The notes: a model not told the origin generated them from the sequence alone. 64,000 nt of DNA from Candidatus Peribacteria bacterium (GCA_943355155.1 CALREJ010000002.1:11910-75909); one strand, 5' to 3'; positions 27,117 through 36,454 are shown, counted from the first letter of the stretch. Numbers and translations are program-made.

Positions 27117-28223
27117 TTACAAATGGTAGTTTCCGCCACTATCAACAATCTGCACCGTGTGCGGATGGCTTTCCTGCAGACTCGCCTGCGTGATACGTAT
27201 AAAGCGCGATTTGCTGTGGAATTCTTTGATGGTTTTGCTACCGAGGTAATAGAACGATGAACGGAGTGATCCTGCTGCCTGATAGAGGAAATCTGTAACA
27301 TTACCCTTAAATGGCACGAGTCCTTCGACGCCCTCTGCAATCAATTTCTTCGCATCTGTGTTCATCGATTGTCCATACCGTTCCGCTCCCCCTTTTTGCA
27401 TCGCGCCGACAGAACCCATCCCACGATACTGTTTGAAACGCTTTCCTTTGATGTCCGTTTCTTCACCCGGTGACTGTGAATATCCGGCGAGCATCGAGCC
27501 AAGCATCACGGCAGATGCGCCGGTTGCGAGTGCCTTTGCCATGTCGCCCATCTGGCGAATACCTCCGTCTGCGACGAATGTAACCTTTCCACCCTTACAT
27601 GCGCGCGCCACTTCCATGAGTGCAGTAATTTGCGGTACACCCATTCCCGTGATCACCCGCGTCGTGCAAATACTTCCGGGTCCGACTCCGACACGCAGGA
27701 TATCCGCTCCCGCTTTGATGAGTGCCTTGGCTCCTTCAAATGTCGCAACATTTCCCGCCATGACGACTGTGCCTTTGTGTACTTTTTTAATCTGCTTCAC
27801 GGCATCGATGATGTACTTGCTATGACCATGACCAGAATCAACGACCAATAGATCAGCTCCTGCAGCAATCAATGCTTTGACTCGATCACTCAGATCCGCA
27901 CCCGCTCCCACCGCAGCGCCCACGAGAAGTTTCTGCTTTTTCACATCCTTCACCATCTGTACCTGTTTTTCGATTTTTAAGTTTCTGTGAATGATTCCAA
28001 GTCCCCCTGCCTCCGCAATTGCAGTTGCCATCACAGACTCTGTCACCGTATCCATCGGAGAAGAAATGATCGGCAGTTTCAATGTAATTTTTGGATGCAA
28101 CATGGTCGTAAGATTTGCTTCCTCACGGGCAAAAGTCGCTTCGTTTGGAAGAAGCAAAACATCATCGAAGGTCAGTCCTTCTGCGACGATTTTTTGGGCC
28201 GATGAGTTTTTGGATGAAGCCAT
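27117..28223 (-). CDS. guaB: IMP dehydrogenase family enzyme lacking the CBS pair
   Basis: LTFDDVLLLP, ISSPMDTVTE, VGVGPGSICTTR, GGIRQMGDMAKAL, and YRGMGS. The CBS insert is absent between ...HRNLKIEKQVQMVKDVKK and LLVGAAVG. Confidence 0.8.
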   Translation of the reverse strand: MASSKNSSAQKIVAEGLTFDDVLLLPNEATFAREEANLTTMLHPKITLKLPIISSPMDTVTESVMATAIAEAGGLGIIHRNLKIEKQVQMVKDVKKQKLLVGAAVGAGADLSDRVKALIAAGADLLVVDSGHGHSKYIIDAVKQIKKVHKGTVVMAGNVATFEGAKALIKAGADILRVGVGPGSICTTRVITGMGVPQITALMEVARACKGGKVTFVADGGIRQMGDMAKALATGASAVMLGSMLAGYSQSPGEETDIKGKRFKQYRGMGSVGAMQKGGAERYGQSMNTDAKKLIAEGVEGLVPFKGNVTDFLYQAAGSLRSSFYYLGSKTIKEFHSKSRFIRITQASLQESHPHTVQIVDSGGNYHL

Positions 28224-28263
28224 AGTACGAGGAAGAAGTGTCACACTGAGCGTAGTCGAAGTG

Positions 28264-29277
28264 TCACAGATAAATATTCCTTCCATGCTCCGTCGGCACG
28301 AAACTTGCTTCGCGTGCCCATGCAGTTGTTTGATCAATTTGATCTTCGGTGAGGATATTATACGTGCGCATCAGCTCGATTTCTTTGCTGAGGTTTGTAC
28401 GAAGCATCGAGGGATTATCTGTGTTCAAGCAAAACTTCACGCCATTATTCCACAGAGTCTGGATCACTTCACGTAGGTGATCGCCATCGCGGATGAATTT
28501 CACGCTGAGGTTACTCGTCGGACAGAGACACATGCAGAGGTTTTTCTTCACGACTTCCGCCATGAGAGCCTTATCTGTGTACGCACGGAATCCATGGTTC
28601 AGACGATCGAGTGGAAGTACTTTGAGCACGTGTGCCATCTCCTCGGCAGTACCATCTTCACCGGTGTGCACGGTGGTCTTCAGTCCATTTGCGCGCGCCT
28701 CTTCGTAGAGATCGGTGTAGTCTTCGTACTTAAATCCTTCAGCAAGAGGTCCTGCGATATCGATCCCCACGACGCCTCGACTGCGATACTTGATTGCTTT
28801 ACGGACAATGATCGCGTTCACATCTTTTGGTAAACGACGATCAAGAAGCATCATGAGTCCTGCCCGCACCATCGGGAACTCCGCGAGTGCACGTTCCATG
28901 CCTCGCAACGCCGCGAGAAGGATTTGATCGAGGTCACGCTCACCGCCGCGGTTTCGAAACATCGGGTTGAAACTTGGTTCAAGTAGCGTGATGTTATTGG
29001 CACGGTACGCCCCCGACACCACTTCATACACCGTCCGCTCCATCGCAACGGGCGAAGACTGAATCAGCTCTGTGAGATGAAACAGTTTATGATAATCCGC
29101 CCACTCCACCGTATCTTTATTGAGTGTGACGAGATCGTAAAATTCCCAGTAATCTTTGGATGGCAATTTGATCCCCTGCTCATGCGCAATACTCCACAAA
29201 ATATGCGGCTCGACCGACTGGCCGAGATGGAAATGTAGCTCAACGAGCTCCTTCGTAGGTCTGTTTTGGGTTACCAT
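28264..29277 (-). CDS. add: Adenosine/adenine deaminase family protein
   Basis: ELHFHLGQS (HxH), TVHTGED, and LNTDNP. Confidence 0.8.
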   Translation of the reverse strand: MVTQNRPTKELVELHFHLGQSVEPHILWSIAHEQGIKLPSKDYWEFYDLVTLNKDTVEWADYHKLFHLTELIQSSPVAMERTVYEVVSGAYRANNITLLEPSFNPMFRNRGGERDLDQILLAALRGMERALAEFPMVRAGLMMLLDRRLPKDVNAIIVRKAIKYRSRGVVGIDIAGPLAEGFKYEDYTDLYEEARANGLKTTVHTGEDGTAEEMAHVLKVLPLDRLNHGFRAYTDKALMAEVVKKNLCMCLCPTSNLSVKFIRDGDHLREVIQTLWNNGVKFCLNTDNPSMLRTNLSKEIELMRTYNILTEDQIDQTTAWAREASFVPTEHGRNIYL

Positions 29278-29320
29278 GTACTATTCTTACCCCAAAGAGG
29301 GGGTGGAGGCAAATGGAAAT

Positions 29321-29348
29321 AAAAAAAGACGTCCCGCACCTGCGGGAC
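29321..29348 (-). terminator. Rho-independent terminator candidate downstream of hppA
   Basis: GTCCCGC-ACCT-GCGGGAC hairpin (29331-29348), followed on the minus strand by a T7 run (A7 at 29321-29327 on the plus strand). Confidence 0.55.
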
Positions 29349-29418
29349 ATCTCTACATATTCACTGTCATTCTCCATCCTCAATTCCCACCACGGCGTAG
29401 CTCGCAAGCGAAGCCGGG

Positions 29419-31506
29419 TCAGTGCCACCATCCCGTCACCCCATACAGCCCCGCCGTCAGCACAGACACGATCGACATCAACTTCACAAGAATATTGAGT
29501 GCCGGTCCCGATGTATCTTTGAAGGGGTCACCCACGGTGTCACCGACGACTGCGGCCTTGTGCGTGTCACTTCCCTTTCCGCCGAGCTTGCCGCTTTCGA
29601 TATATTTCTTTGCGTTGTCCCATGCGCCACCGCTATTGGCCATCGACATGCCAAGCATCATCGAGCTCACGAGTGCACCTGCGAGCATCCCTCCAAGTGC
29701 CTCACGTCCGAGCAGAAGCCCAACGAGAACGGGCGAGACCATGGCAAGAAGGCCGGGGAGCACCATCTGTTTGATCGCGGATGTCGTTGCGATGGCGATG
29801 CATCTTTCGGGGTCGCCCTCTGCCGTACCTTCCATGAGGCCCTTGATCTCGCGGAACTGTCTGCGCACTTCTTCGACCATCGCAATCGCTGCGCGGCCAA
29901 CCGCACGCATCGTGAGTGATGAGAAGAGAAACGGAAGCATCCCGCCGATCAGAAGGCCGATCAGAGTGAATGCATTGCTGACATCGATGCTTTCGAGTCC
30001 CGACTCTTCTTTGAATGCACCAAAGAGTGCCAAGCACATGAACCCCGCCACAGCGATCGCGAAGCCCTTTCCGATCGCAGCTGTTGTGTTTCCTGCGGCA
30101 TCGAGCGCGTCTGTACGCTCGCGGACTTCGTGCGGAAGTTTGCTCATTTCTGCGATGCCTCCTGCGTTATCTGCTACCGGTCCAAACGCATCGATTGCGA
30201 GTGTCATGCCGAGTGTCGAAAGCATTCCGACTGCTCCCGCACCGATTCCGTAAAGTCCCGACTGCACGTAGGCGATGCCGATCGCGAGGACGATCACAAA
30301 AAGCGGCAGTGCCGTCGACATGTAGCCGAGGGCAAGTCCTTCGATGAGTACTGTCCCCGCACCTGTCTTTGCGGAATTCGCGAGCGAACGCACAGGGGCG
30401 TAGGTGTGTGATGTGTAATATTCCGTAAGAATTCCAACGATCACACCCGCCACCAGTCCCGCCGTCACAGACAGAAATACTCCTGTTGCATAGGGAGCCG
30501 GCACCCACATCTGCGTCAGCACCCATGTGCCCGCAAGCATCAGGACAGATGCGATGAGCATGCCGTTTTTGAGCGCACTCTGCACACCGTCTTTATGTTT
30601 CGTACGAACGAAATACGTTGCGATGATCGTTGCGATGACACCGACGGCAGACACGAGAAGTGGATACAGAAGTGCGCGATCCGCATGTTCGATTCCCCAG
30701 TTGACGTGAAGCGACACAAGCATGGTCGCAAGAATCGCACCAATATAGCTTTCAAAAAGATCCGCTCCCATTCCCGCAACATCTCCCACGTTATCACCGA
30801 CATTATCCGCAATCACCGCAGGGTTTCTTGGATCATCTTCCGGGATTCCTGCCTCCACTTTTCCGACAAGGTCAGCCCCGACGTCCGCAGCTTTGGTATA
30901 AATACCTCCACCGACACGTGCGAAGAGCGCGACACACGATGCTCCGAAGCTAAATCCTGTGAGAGACTGAAGCGCTGCGGGCATTCCTACTCCTTGATGG
31001 AGCAGATACAGAAGCACGAGTACAAATCCAATGAGACCAAGTCCAACAACAGCAAGACCCATGGTTGCACCGCTGAGGAATGCGAGTCGCAATGCCTTCA
31101 TCATGCTTGTCCGTGCAGCCTGAGCCGTACGCACATTCGCCATCGTTGCTGCGCGCATACCGATCAATCCCGCAAGTCCGGAACAAAATGCACCGACGAG
31201 AAAGCTGACTGCCGTGTACGGAGCGCCCCATGTGTGATCCCCCGCAGCCGCAATTTTTACATCAAGGAAGAGGTACAAAAGTACAGACACCACGATCATG
31301 AAAGGAATGATCACGGAGTATTCGCGAGTAAGAAACGCCATCGCCCCCGTGCGGATCTGCTTCGCAATGTATTGCATCTTATCTGTCCCATCACTCTCGC
31401 GACCGATGATCACACGAAAGATCGCAGCAAAGACCAGCGCGAGGATACCTGTGTAGACCACAAGATTCAGGTTCGAATACAAAGAAACATGCACGAGCGA
31501 GAACAT
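29419..31506 (-). CDS. hppA: Membrane-bound proton/sodium-translocating pyrophosphatase
   Basis: GDNVGDVAGMGADLFESY, DNAGGIAEM, and GDTVGDPFKDTSGPALNILVKLM. Confidence 0.95.
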   Translation of the reverse strand: MFSLVHVSLYSNLNLVVYTGILALVFAAIFRVIIGRESDGTDKMQYIAKQIRTGAMAFLTREYSVIIPFMIVVSVLLYLFLDVKIAAAGDHTWGAPYTAVSFLVGAFCSGLAGLIGMRAATMANVRTAQAARTSMMKALRLAFLSGATMGLAVVGLGLIGFVLVLLYLLHQGVGMPAALQSLTGFSFGASCVALFARVGGGIYTKAADVGADLVGKVEAGIPEDDPRNPAVIADNVGDNVGDVAGMGADLFESYIGAILATMLVSLHVNWGIEHADRALLYPLLVSAVGVIATIIATYFVRTKHKDGVQSALKNGMLIASVLMLAGTWVLTQMWVPAPYATGVFLSVTAGLVAGVIVGILTEYYTSHTYAPVRSLANSAKTGAGTVLIEGLALGYMSTALPLFVIVLAIGIAYVQSGLYGIGAGAVGMLSTLGMTLAIDAFGPVADNAGGIAEMSKLPHEVRERTDALDAAGNTTAAIGKGFAIAVAGFMCLALFGAFKEESGLESIDVSNAFTLIGLLIGGMLPFLFSSLTMRAVGRAAIAMVEEVRRQFREIKGLMEGTAEGDPERCIAIATTSAIKQMVLPGLLAMVSPVLVGLLLGREALGGMLAGALVSSMMLGMSMANSGGAWDNAKKYIESGKLGGKGSDTHKAAVVGDTVGDPFKDTSGPALNILVKLMSIVSVLTAGLYGVTGWWH

Positions 31507-31611
31507 AAAAAAGAGGGGGACAAACAGAAAAGAATTCGCCGCACATCATGCAGTGATCCTTGAATCTAGGCAAGGGTAAAAGGAAGCGGAAAACAGTCAA
31601 TAGAGACCCGT

Positions 31612-31650
31612 GTGTCATGCTGAGGAGCGCAAGAGCGCGTCTCGAAGCAC
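31612..31650. repeat. Dispersed intergenic repeat, copy B (GTCAtgCTGaGGAGCGCaAGAGCGCGTCTCGAAG)
   Basis: Matches 1491-1530. Confidence 0.7.
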
Positions 31651-31651
31651 A

Positions 31652-32032
31652 TCAGACCTTCGACTTCGCTACCTTCTTCACCGCTTTCCTGATCGTCTTT
31701 GCAGCCTTGTTTGCCTTCGCCACAACTTTCTTCGCACTGCGCTGGACGGGCTTTTCGATCATGCCTTTTAGATCTTTCTGCAGTTTTTTTGCATTGTCCT
31801 GCACGTACGTCTTCGCCTTTTGCATGTTGTCCTGCACCACATCACTCTGCGCAAACTTCTTCATCTCATGTCCGAGTTGCTTTCCATCTTTCTGCAAATG
31901 CTTCGCAAGGATCTTCCCTGCAGCATCCGCATCTTTCGCACCAGACAATTCCTCACGCAGCTTTGCGTTACTGAAAACATACCCAGCAAGCACACCGCCG
32001 AGCGTTCCAAGAAGAAGAGAAAGTTTTTTCAT
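31652..32032 (-). CDS. YtxH-like membrane-anchored helical protein
   Basis: N-terminal helix LLLGTLGGVLAGYVFS, followed by a K/A/Q-rich amphipathic region. Confidence 0.6.
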   Translation of the reverse strand: MKKLSLLLGTLGGVLAGYVFSNAKLREELSGAKDADAAGKILAKHLQKDGKQLGHEMKKFAQSDVVQDNMQKAKTYVQDNAKKLQKDLKGMIEKPVQRSAKKVVAKANKAAKTIRKAVKKVAKSKV

Positions 32033-32226
32033 AAATGTTGATGGGGAAGAACAAAAAGAATTGTATCAATACCGTATGACGAATGCGAGAGGAAAGTCTT
32101 TCAAAACTTTTGCACATCCGCCGCACCCGGGAACGGGTGCTACTCTTTAAAAATGGAGCGGGTGCTGCCGCCACGGGGGGTGGAGGGGTCAGCGGTCGAT
32201 GGGATTGGCGGCGGAGCATTTCTTTG

Positions 32227-32258
32227 GTTCTTTCTTGTTGCCGTTGACAAGAAAGAAC
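32227..32258. repeat. Perfect 12-bp hairpin (GTTCTTTCTTGT-8 nt-ACAAGAAAGAAC)
   Basis: Read directly in the uvrC-ytxH intergenic region. Confidence 0.6.
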
Positions 32259-32280
32259 AAGGAGAAGGAATTTTTTCTAC

Positions 32281-32313
32281 CCCTCACCCTAACCCTCTCC
32301 CTCGGGGAGAGGG
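32281..32313. repeat. CCTCACCC..CCCTCTCC motif copy with a 9-bp hairpin (CCCTCTCCC-TCG-GGGAGAGGG)
   Basis: It lies 2 nt beyond the uvrC stop. Related copies occur at 35562-35582 and, inverted, at 35664-35682. Confidence 0.7.
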
Positions 32314-32315
32314 AA

Positions 32316-34658
32316 TTATAAAATCTCCCTCATCATCCTTAGCTGCTCTTCACTGACAATCTTCAAAAGCACTTCATCACTCTTTGTCCTGATCACATCA
32401 ACCGATCCAAACTCTTTGAGTAATTTCTGCTTCGTCTCTGTCCCAAGTCCGGGAATCCGATCGAGCTGCGACTCCACCGCGTGTTTGAGCGCGCGTTTTT
32501 CACGGTGACGATTTGCGAAGCGATGGGCTTCGTCGCGGATGCGCATGAGGAGGAATTTAGCGGGGCTGTCCTTCGGCAAGACGATCGATACTTTCTGTTC
32601 CGGCAAAAACACTTCCTCTTCTCTCTTTGCGAGTCCGATGACGGGAATCTGTAATTGAAACTCCTTGAGCACAGCTACAACCGTACTGAGCTGACCTTTG
32701 CCACCGTCGATGACGAGGAGATTTGGAAATGCAGTGAGCGACGAATCTATTTTGTTCTGTAGAATGTTATACATCATCACGATGCGCCCTCCCTCAGGAA
32801 AATACGGGTCATTCGCCTTCGCATTTTCTATTTCTTTCTGAAGGATGGCAGGAGGAATTTTGGTATACCGAAATCCGAGTTGTGCATAATATTCCTCAAG
32901 TTGTGGATGAATCGTAATATAAACTTTTCCTTTTTTAGCTTTTGCAAGGAGCTTGCGAATAATGGCGTGACCAAGTTTGTTGCCTCGAACATGTTCACTC
33001 ACCCAAACAGATTGTATTAAATGAATGTTGCCAGAGCGTTTTGCAAGACGTCCAAATCCCAAAATATCTTCACCTTTTCTGGCAACGACAAATTCCTGAT
33101 AAGAAAGCTCGCCTGCGAATGTCTGCTCATTGCTACGAAGAGTGTCTTCGATAAAATTTTTGTCGGCTTTTTTTGCTTTTTCAAATACGACCCCCGAATC
33201 ATTCCACAGTTCCTCATGGCTTTTTAAGTAACGTAGACGTCTCACCAAGACTTCGCGAAGGGATTTATAATCATTCACTTCTCCATCTTTAATTGTACGC
33301 ATTGTGAAGCTGCGATAGTCATCGTTTTTTGGCCTACCATTCACACACACAACCATGCTGCCGACTGTTTCCGTGCCACCGGTATGGGAAATATCGTAAC
33401 ACTCGATCCTCTTCGGAATCGCCGGAAGCTTGAGAGCGGCCATGAGTTCATCGAGAGCATTTTTCACATTCCTCTCCTCCGCTTCCCAACTTGCCTCTGC
33501 TTGCTTCGCTTTTTCTTCGGCGTTTTTTTGTGCGAGGTCGAGAAGTTGTGATTTATTGCCGCGCTCTGGGATCGCGATCGAGACTTTTCGTACGTGTCTT
33601 TCGGAGAGTAGTTCTGCGAGAGCATCGTGACTTTGGAAATCTTCCTGAACTAAAATCGTATCGGGAAGCTCCACCACTCCTTCATAATATTGCGGCAAAA
33701 ATTGTTCGAGCACATCTGCAATGCTTTCCGCCTTTCCCATGAGCGGCAGATGATGTTCACCGATCAGTTTTCCGCCGCGTTTCAGGAGCACCTCGACATG
33801 TGCTTTCCCCGAAAGAAGCGCGATGCCGACTGCATCGGTATTGTCACCGGAGGTATCAGACACAATCTGTTTTTTCTCCATGTCTTCAATAAACTTGAGT
33901 GCGTCACGAATGCGTGAGGCCTTTTCAAATTTGCGTTCTGCTGCGTATTTTGCCATCAATTCCCTCCCCTGCGTGAGCACAGGTTTATAATCCCCACGCA
34001 AAAACTTCATCACCTGATCGACCCGCGATCGGTATTCCTCCTGCGTCATCGTGCCACAACAAAGACCGTTGCACTGACCGATTTGGGAATCGAGACATGG
34101 CTTGAGTTTGCCGGTGTTGAAAATACTTTCCCGTGGCTCGCCGGACTCACCATCAAAAGCTTTATTGAGTGCATCGATCGACTGTCTGCACGCCCTCCAC
34201 CCAAAAAATTCATGGAGCATGTCGAGGATCCGCTTCGTTTCAAAATTACTCAGGTACGGACCAAAATACTTGGCAGAGTTATGCTCAAGCTGGCGTGTGA
34301 TTTCAATTTTTGGATACGCATCCGCAACTGAGATCCGCACGTACACATAATTTTTATCATCCTTCATCAGCACGTTATATTTCGGCCTCATTTCTTTTAT
34401 AAGGTTAGTCTCGAGGATCAGTGCTTCAACTTCGGTGCGTGTGATCGTGACATCGAAATCCGCAAGTTGCCTCAGCATCGATTGCTTCCACGGACCCTGA
34501 CCTTTTTCTGCCGTCGCTGCGACGTAACTCTTGAGTCTATTCTTCAGATTCTTCGCTTTCCCGACGTAAATCACCACTCCCGCTTCATCAAGCCAACGAT
34601 AGACGCCGGGCGCGGTGGGAGCCTTGAGGACACGTTTTCGGAGTGAAGCGAGAGACAT
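32316..34658 (-). CDS. uvrC: Excinuclease ABC subunit UvrC with an inserted GNAT acetyltransferase-like domain
   Basis: GIY-YIG region GVYRWLD...YVGKAKNLKNRLKSY; Cys cluster CLDSQIGQCNGLCCG; UVR region; YDISHTGG; VIDGGKGQL; C-terminal HhH IPGLG. It is 780 aa where about 600 is usual. Confidence 0.9.
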   Translation of the reverse strand: MSLASLRKRVLKAPTAPGVYRWLDEAGVVIYVGKAKNLKNRLKSYVAATAEKGQGPWKQSMLRQLADFDVTITRTEVEALILETNLIKEMRPKYNVLMKDDKNYVYVRISVADAYPKIEITRQLEHNSAKYFGPYLSNFETKRILDMLHEFFGWRACRQSIDALNKAFDGESGEPRESIFNTGKLKPCLDSQIGQCNGLCCGTMTQEEYRSRVDQVMKFLRGDYKPVLTQGRELMAKYAAERKFEKASRIRDALKFIEDMEKKQIVSDTSGDNTDAVGIALLSGKAHVEVLLKRGGKLIGEHHLPLMGKAESIADVLEQFLPQYYEGVVELPDTILVQEDFQSHDALAELLSERHVRKVSIAIPERGNKSQLLDLAQKNAEEKAKQAEASWEAEERNVKNALDELMAALKLPAIPKRIECYDISHTGGTETVGSMVVCVNGRPKNDDYRSFTMRTIKDGEVNDYKSLREVLVRRLRYLKSHEELWNDSGVVFEKAKKADKNFIEDTLRSNEQTFAGELSYQEFVVARKGEDILGFGRLAKRSGNIHLIQSVWVSEHVRGNKLGHAIIRKLLAKAKKGKVYITIHPQLEEYYAQLGFRYTKIPPAILQKEIENAKANDPYFPEGGRIVMMYNILQNKIDSSLTAFPNLLVIDGGKGQLSTVVAVLKEFQLQIPVIGLAKREEEVFLPEQKVSIVLPKDSPAKFLLMRIRDEAHRFANRHREKRALKHAVESQLDRIPGLGTETKQKLLKEFGSVDVIRTKSDEVLLKIVSEEQLRMMREIL

Positions 34659-34673
34659 ACGAACAGAGTATAT

Positions 34674-34741
34674 GGTATGTCGTATGTGGTATGTGGGAAA
34701 AATGAAAAAAACCTACATACGACATACGAAATACGACATAC
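34674..34741. repeat. Inverted arrays of tandem heptamers (3x (G/C)GTATGT ... 4x C(G/T)A(C/A)ATA)
   Basis: It includes a perfect 13-bp inverted repeat, GTATGTCGTATGT (34675-34687) / ACATACGACATAC (34715-34727). Confidence 0.8.
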
Positions 34742-35543
34742 TGTCCGCATCACCCCTATCCTCTCCGCCATCGTCCTCAACTTCAAAAGCCCCCGCGACA
34801 CGGTCACCTGTGTGCAAGCACTCGAAAATCAAACGATTGCGAATCAGATCGAAATTCTCGTTGTCGATAATCACTCGGAGGATGATTCCATCGGCGTCAT
34901 CAGAAACCGTCTGACAGATCTGCCGCATGTTAAAATTATAGAATCAGCCAGAAACACAGGCTACGGACAGGGAAATGGTTTTGGACTTCACTATGCGACG
35001 GGCAATTATATTCTGATTATTAATCCTGATAATGCGCTCCACCCCGATGCTCTGGAACTCATGCTTGAGAAAATGGAACGGGAACAAGACATCGGCATCA
35101 TCTCCCCGAAACTCATTCATGAAGATCACACCGTGCGCCACTCTGCACGTTCGTTCCCGACTTTTTTTGATGTCCTCGTGAAACGACTCGCTCCGCATAC
35201 TACATTCAAATCGCGCATCGACCGGTATTTACAACGAACATATGATCCAGACTGTGAGCGCGATGTGGATTGGGTCGTGGGTGCGTGCATGCTGATCCGC
35301 AGAAGTGCACTCGAAAAAGTGGGCACCTTTGACCCCCGTTTTTTCCTGTTCTTTGAAGATATGGATTTGTGCCGGAGAATGAAAAATGCCGGCTTTCGCA
35401 TCCACTATTTTCCAGCGGCCATCGCTTCGGACAAAAAGCACAGACTCACCGATGGGAGCCTTATTTCTGTATTTTTAAGCCAATCAGGCAGAGCCCACAT
35501 TGCGAGTGCGGTGAAGTATTTTTGGAAGTGGAGGGCTTTTTAG
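34677..35543 (+). CDS. Glycosyltransferase family 2
   Basis: LSAIVLNFKSPRDT...LVVDNHSEDDS...GYGQGNGF...INPD (DxD-type GT-A core). The first 22 or so codons lie within the heptamer arrays, so the start is uncertain. Confidence 0.8.
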   Translation: MSYVVCGKNEKNLHTTYEIRHTVRITPILSAIVLNFKSPRDTVTCVQALENQTIANQIEILVVDNHSEDDSIGVIRNRLTDLPHVKIIESARNTGYGQGNGFGLHYATGNYILIINPDNALHPDALELMLEKMEREQDIGIISPKLIHEDHTVRHSARSFPTFFDVLVKRLAPHTTFKSRIDRYLQRTYDPDCERDVDWVVGACMLIRRSALEKVGTFDPRFFLFFEDMDLCRRMKNAGFRIHYFPAAIASDKKHRLTDGSLISVFLSQSGRAHIASAVKYFWKWRAF

Positions 35544-35573
35544 ATGGAATTTATTTGATTACCTCACCCCCAG

Positions 35574-35620
35574 CCCCTCTCCCTCCCCCCTGATTCCTGA
35601 CGGGAGAGGGGTGTCTTTTT
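35574..35620 (+). terminator. Rho-independent terminator candidate after the GT2 gene
   Basis: CCCCTCTCCC (35574-35583) pairs with GGGAGAGGGG (35602-35611), followed by TGTCTTTTT. Confidence 0.5.
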
Positions 35621-35767
35621 AGATAACTCTCGTCTCCCTCTCCTGGTAGGCGTGCGGGTGGAAGGAGAGGGTTGGGGTGAGGTTCCGTCTTCTCACCATG
35701 ACACGTTTTTTCTATTGCATTCAAGAGTCTTCTCCCTTACTCTACTGCTCCGCAACGCGGATTTACT

Positions 35768-36442
35768 ATGTCAGACATGATCACCCTTGCAGCAACGGCT
35801 CGCTCCAAAGATATGCGCGCAAATGCCCTCCGCAGAAGCGGACAGGTTCCTGCTGTTGTCTACGGAAATGAACAACAAGAGCACTTGCAGCTGGAAGAGG
35901 TTGCCTTGAAAAAGGCGTACACAAAGGCCGGTGAAAGTACGCTTGTGGAGCTCGATCTTGGCTCAAAGAAGCTTCCCGTACTCTTTCACGATGTCGATTA
36001 CGATCCCGTAAGTGACCGCATGATCCACGTCGATTTCTACGCTGTGAACATGAAGAAAGAGGTGGAGGCTGAAGTGCACATTCGTTTCGAAGGTGAATCC
36101 CCTGCTGTCAAAGAAGGCGCTGTTCTCGTGTCTGCTCTTCACGTCGTGACAGTAAAAGCTCTGCCTGCAAACTTGCCACACGACCTAGTACTCGATATCA
36201 GCACGCTCTCTGAAATGGGTGGCACCCTTACTGTTGCAAACCTACTAATTCCAAATGGTGTCACAATTGTGGATGCACCGGAATCTGTGATTGTCGTTGC
36301 TCAGGAACCCCGCGCTGAAGAAGTCGTGGAAGCACCGGTCGCAGCAGTCGAAGGTGCCGTTGCAGCTGATGGTACAGCCGTTCCCGCGGCTGAAGGTGCT
36401 GCTGCTCCTGCTGCCGCAGAAGGAAAGAAGGAGAAGGAATAA
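35768..36442 (+). CDS. rplY: 50S ribosomal protein L25 (Ctc form)
   Basis: ANALRRSGQVPAVVYG...VLFHDVDYDPVSDRMIHVDFYAV, with an Ala-rich C-terminal tail. Confidence 0.85.
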   Translation: MSDMITLAATARSKDMRANALRRSGQVPAVVYGNEQQEHLQLEEVALKKAYTKAGESTLVELDLGSKKLPVLFHDVDYDPVSDRMIHVDFYAVNMKKEVEAEVHIRFEGESPAVKEGAVLVSALHVVTVKALPANLPHDLVLDISTLSEMGGTLTVANLLIPNGVTIVDAPESVIVVAQEPRAEEVVEAPVAAVEGAVAADGTAVPAAEGAAAPAAAEGKKEKE

Positions 36443-36454
36443 TCCGTGGAGCGA

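Noticed and set aside
29156-31563. 365-aa and 322-aa plus-strand ORFs
   Set aside because: They are antisense to add and hppA. Their composition (Ser/Pro/Arg-rich, His/Arg-rich) is typical of the reverse frames of a membrane-protein gene.
32153-32356. 67-aa ORF ending ...PHPNPLPRGEGI...
   Set aside because: It is a translation of the CCTCACCC/CCCTCTCC hairpin repeat and overlaps the uvrC 3' end.
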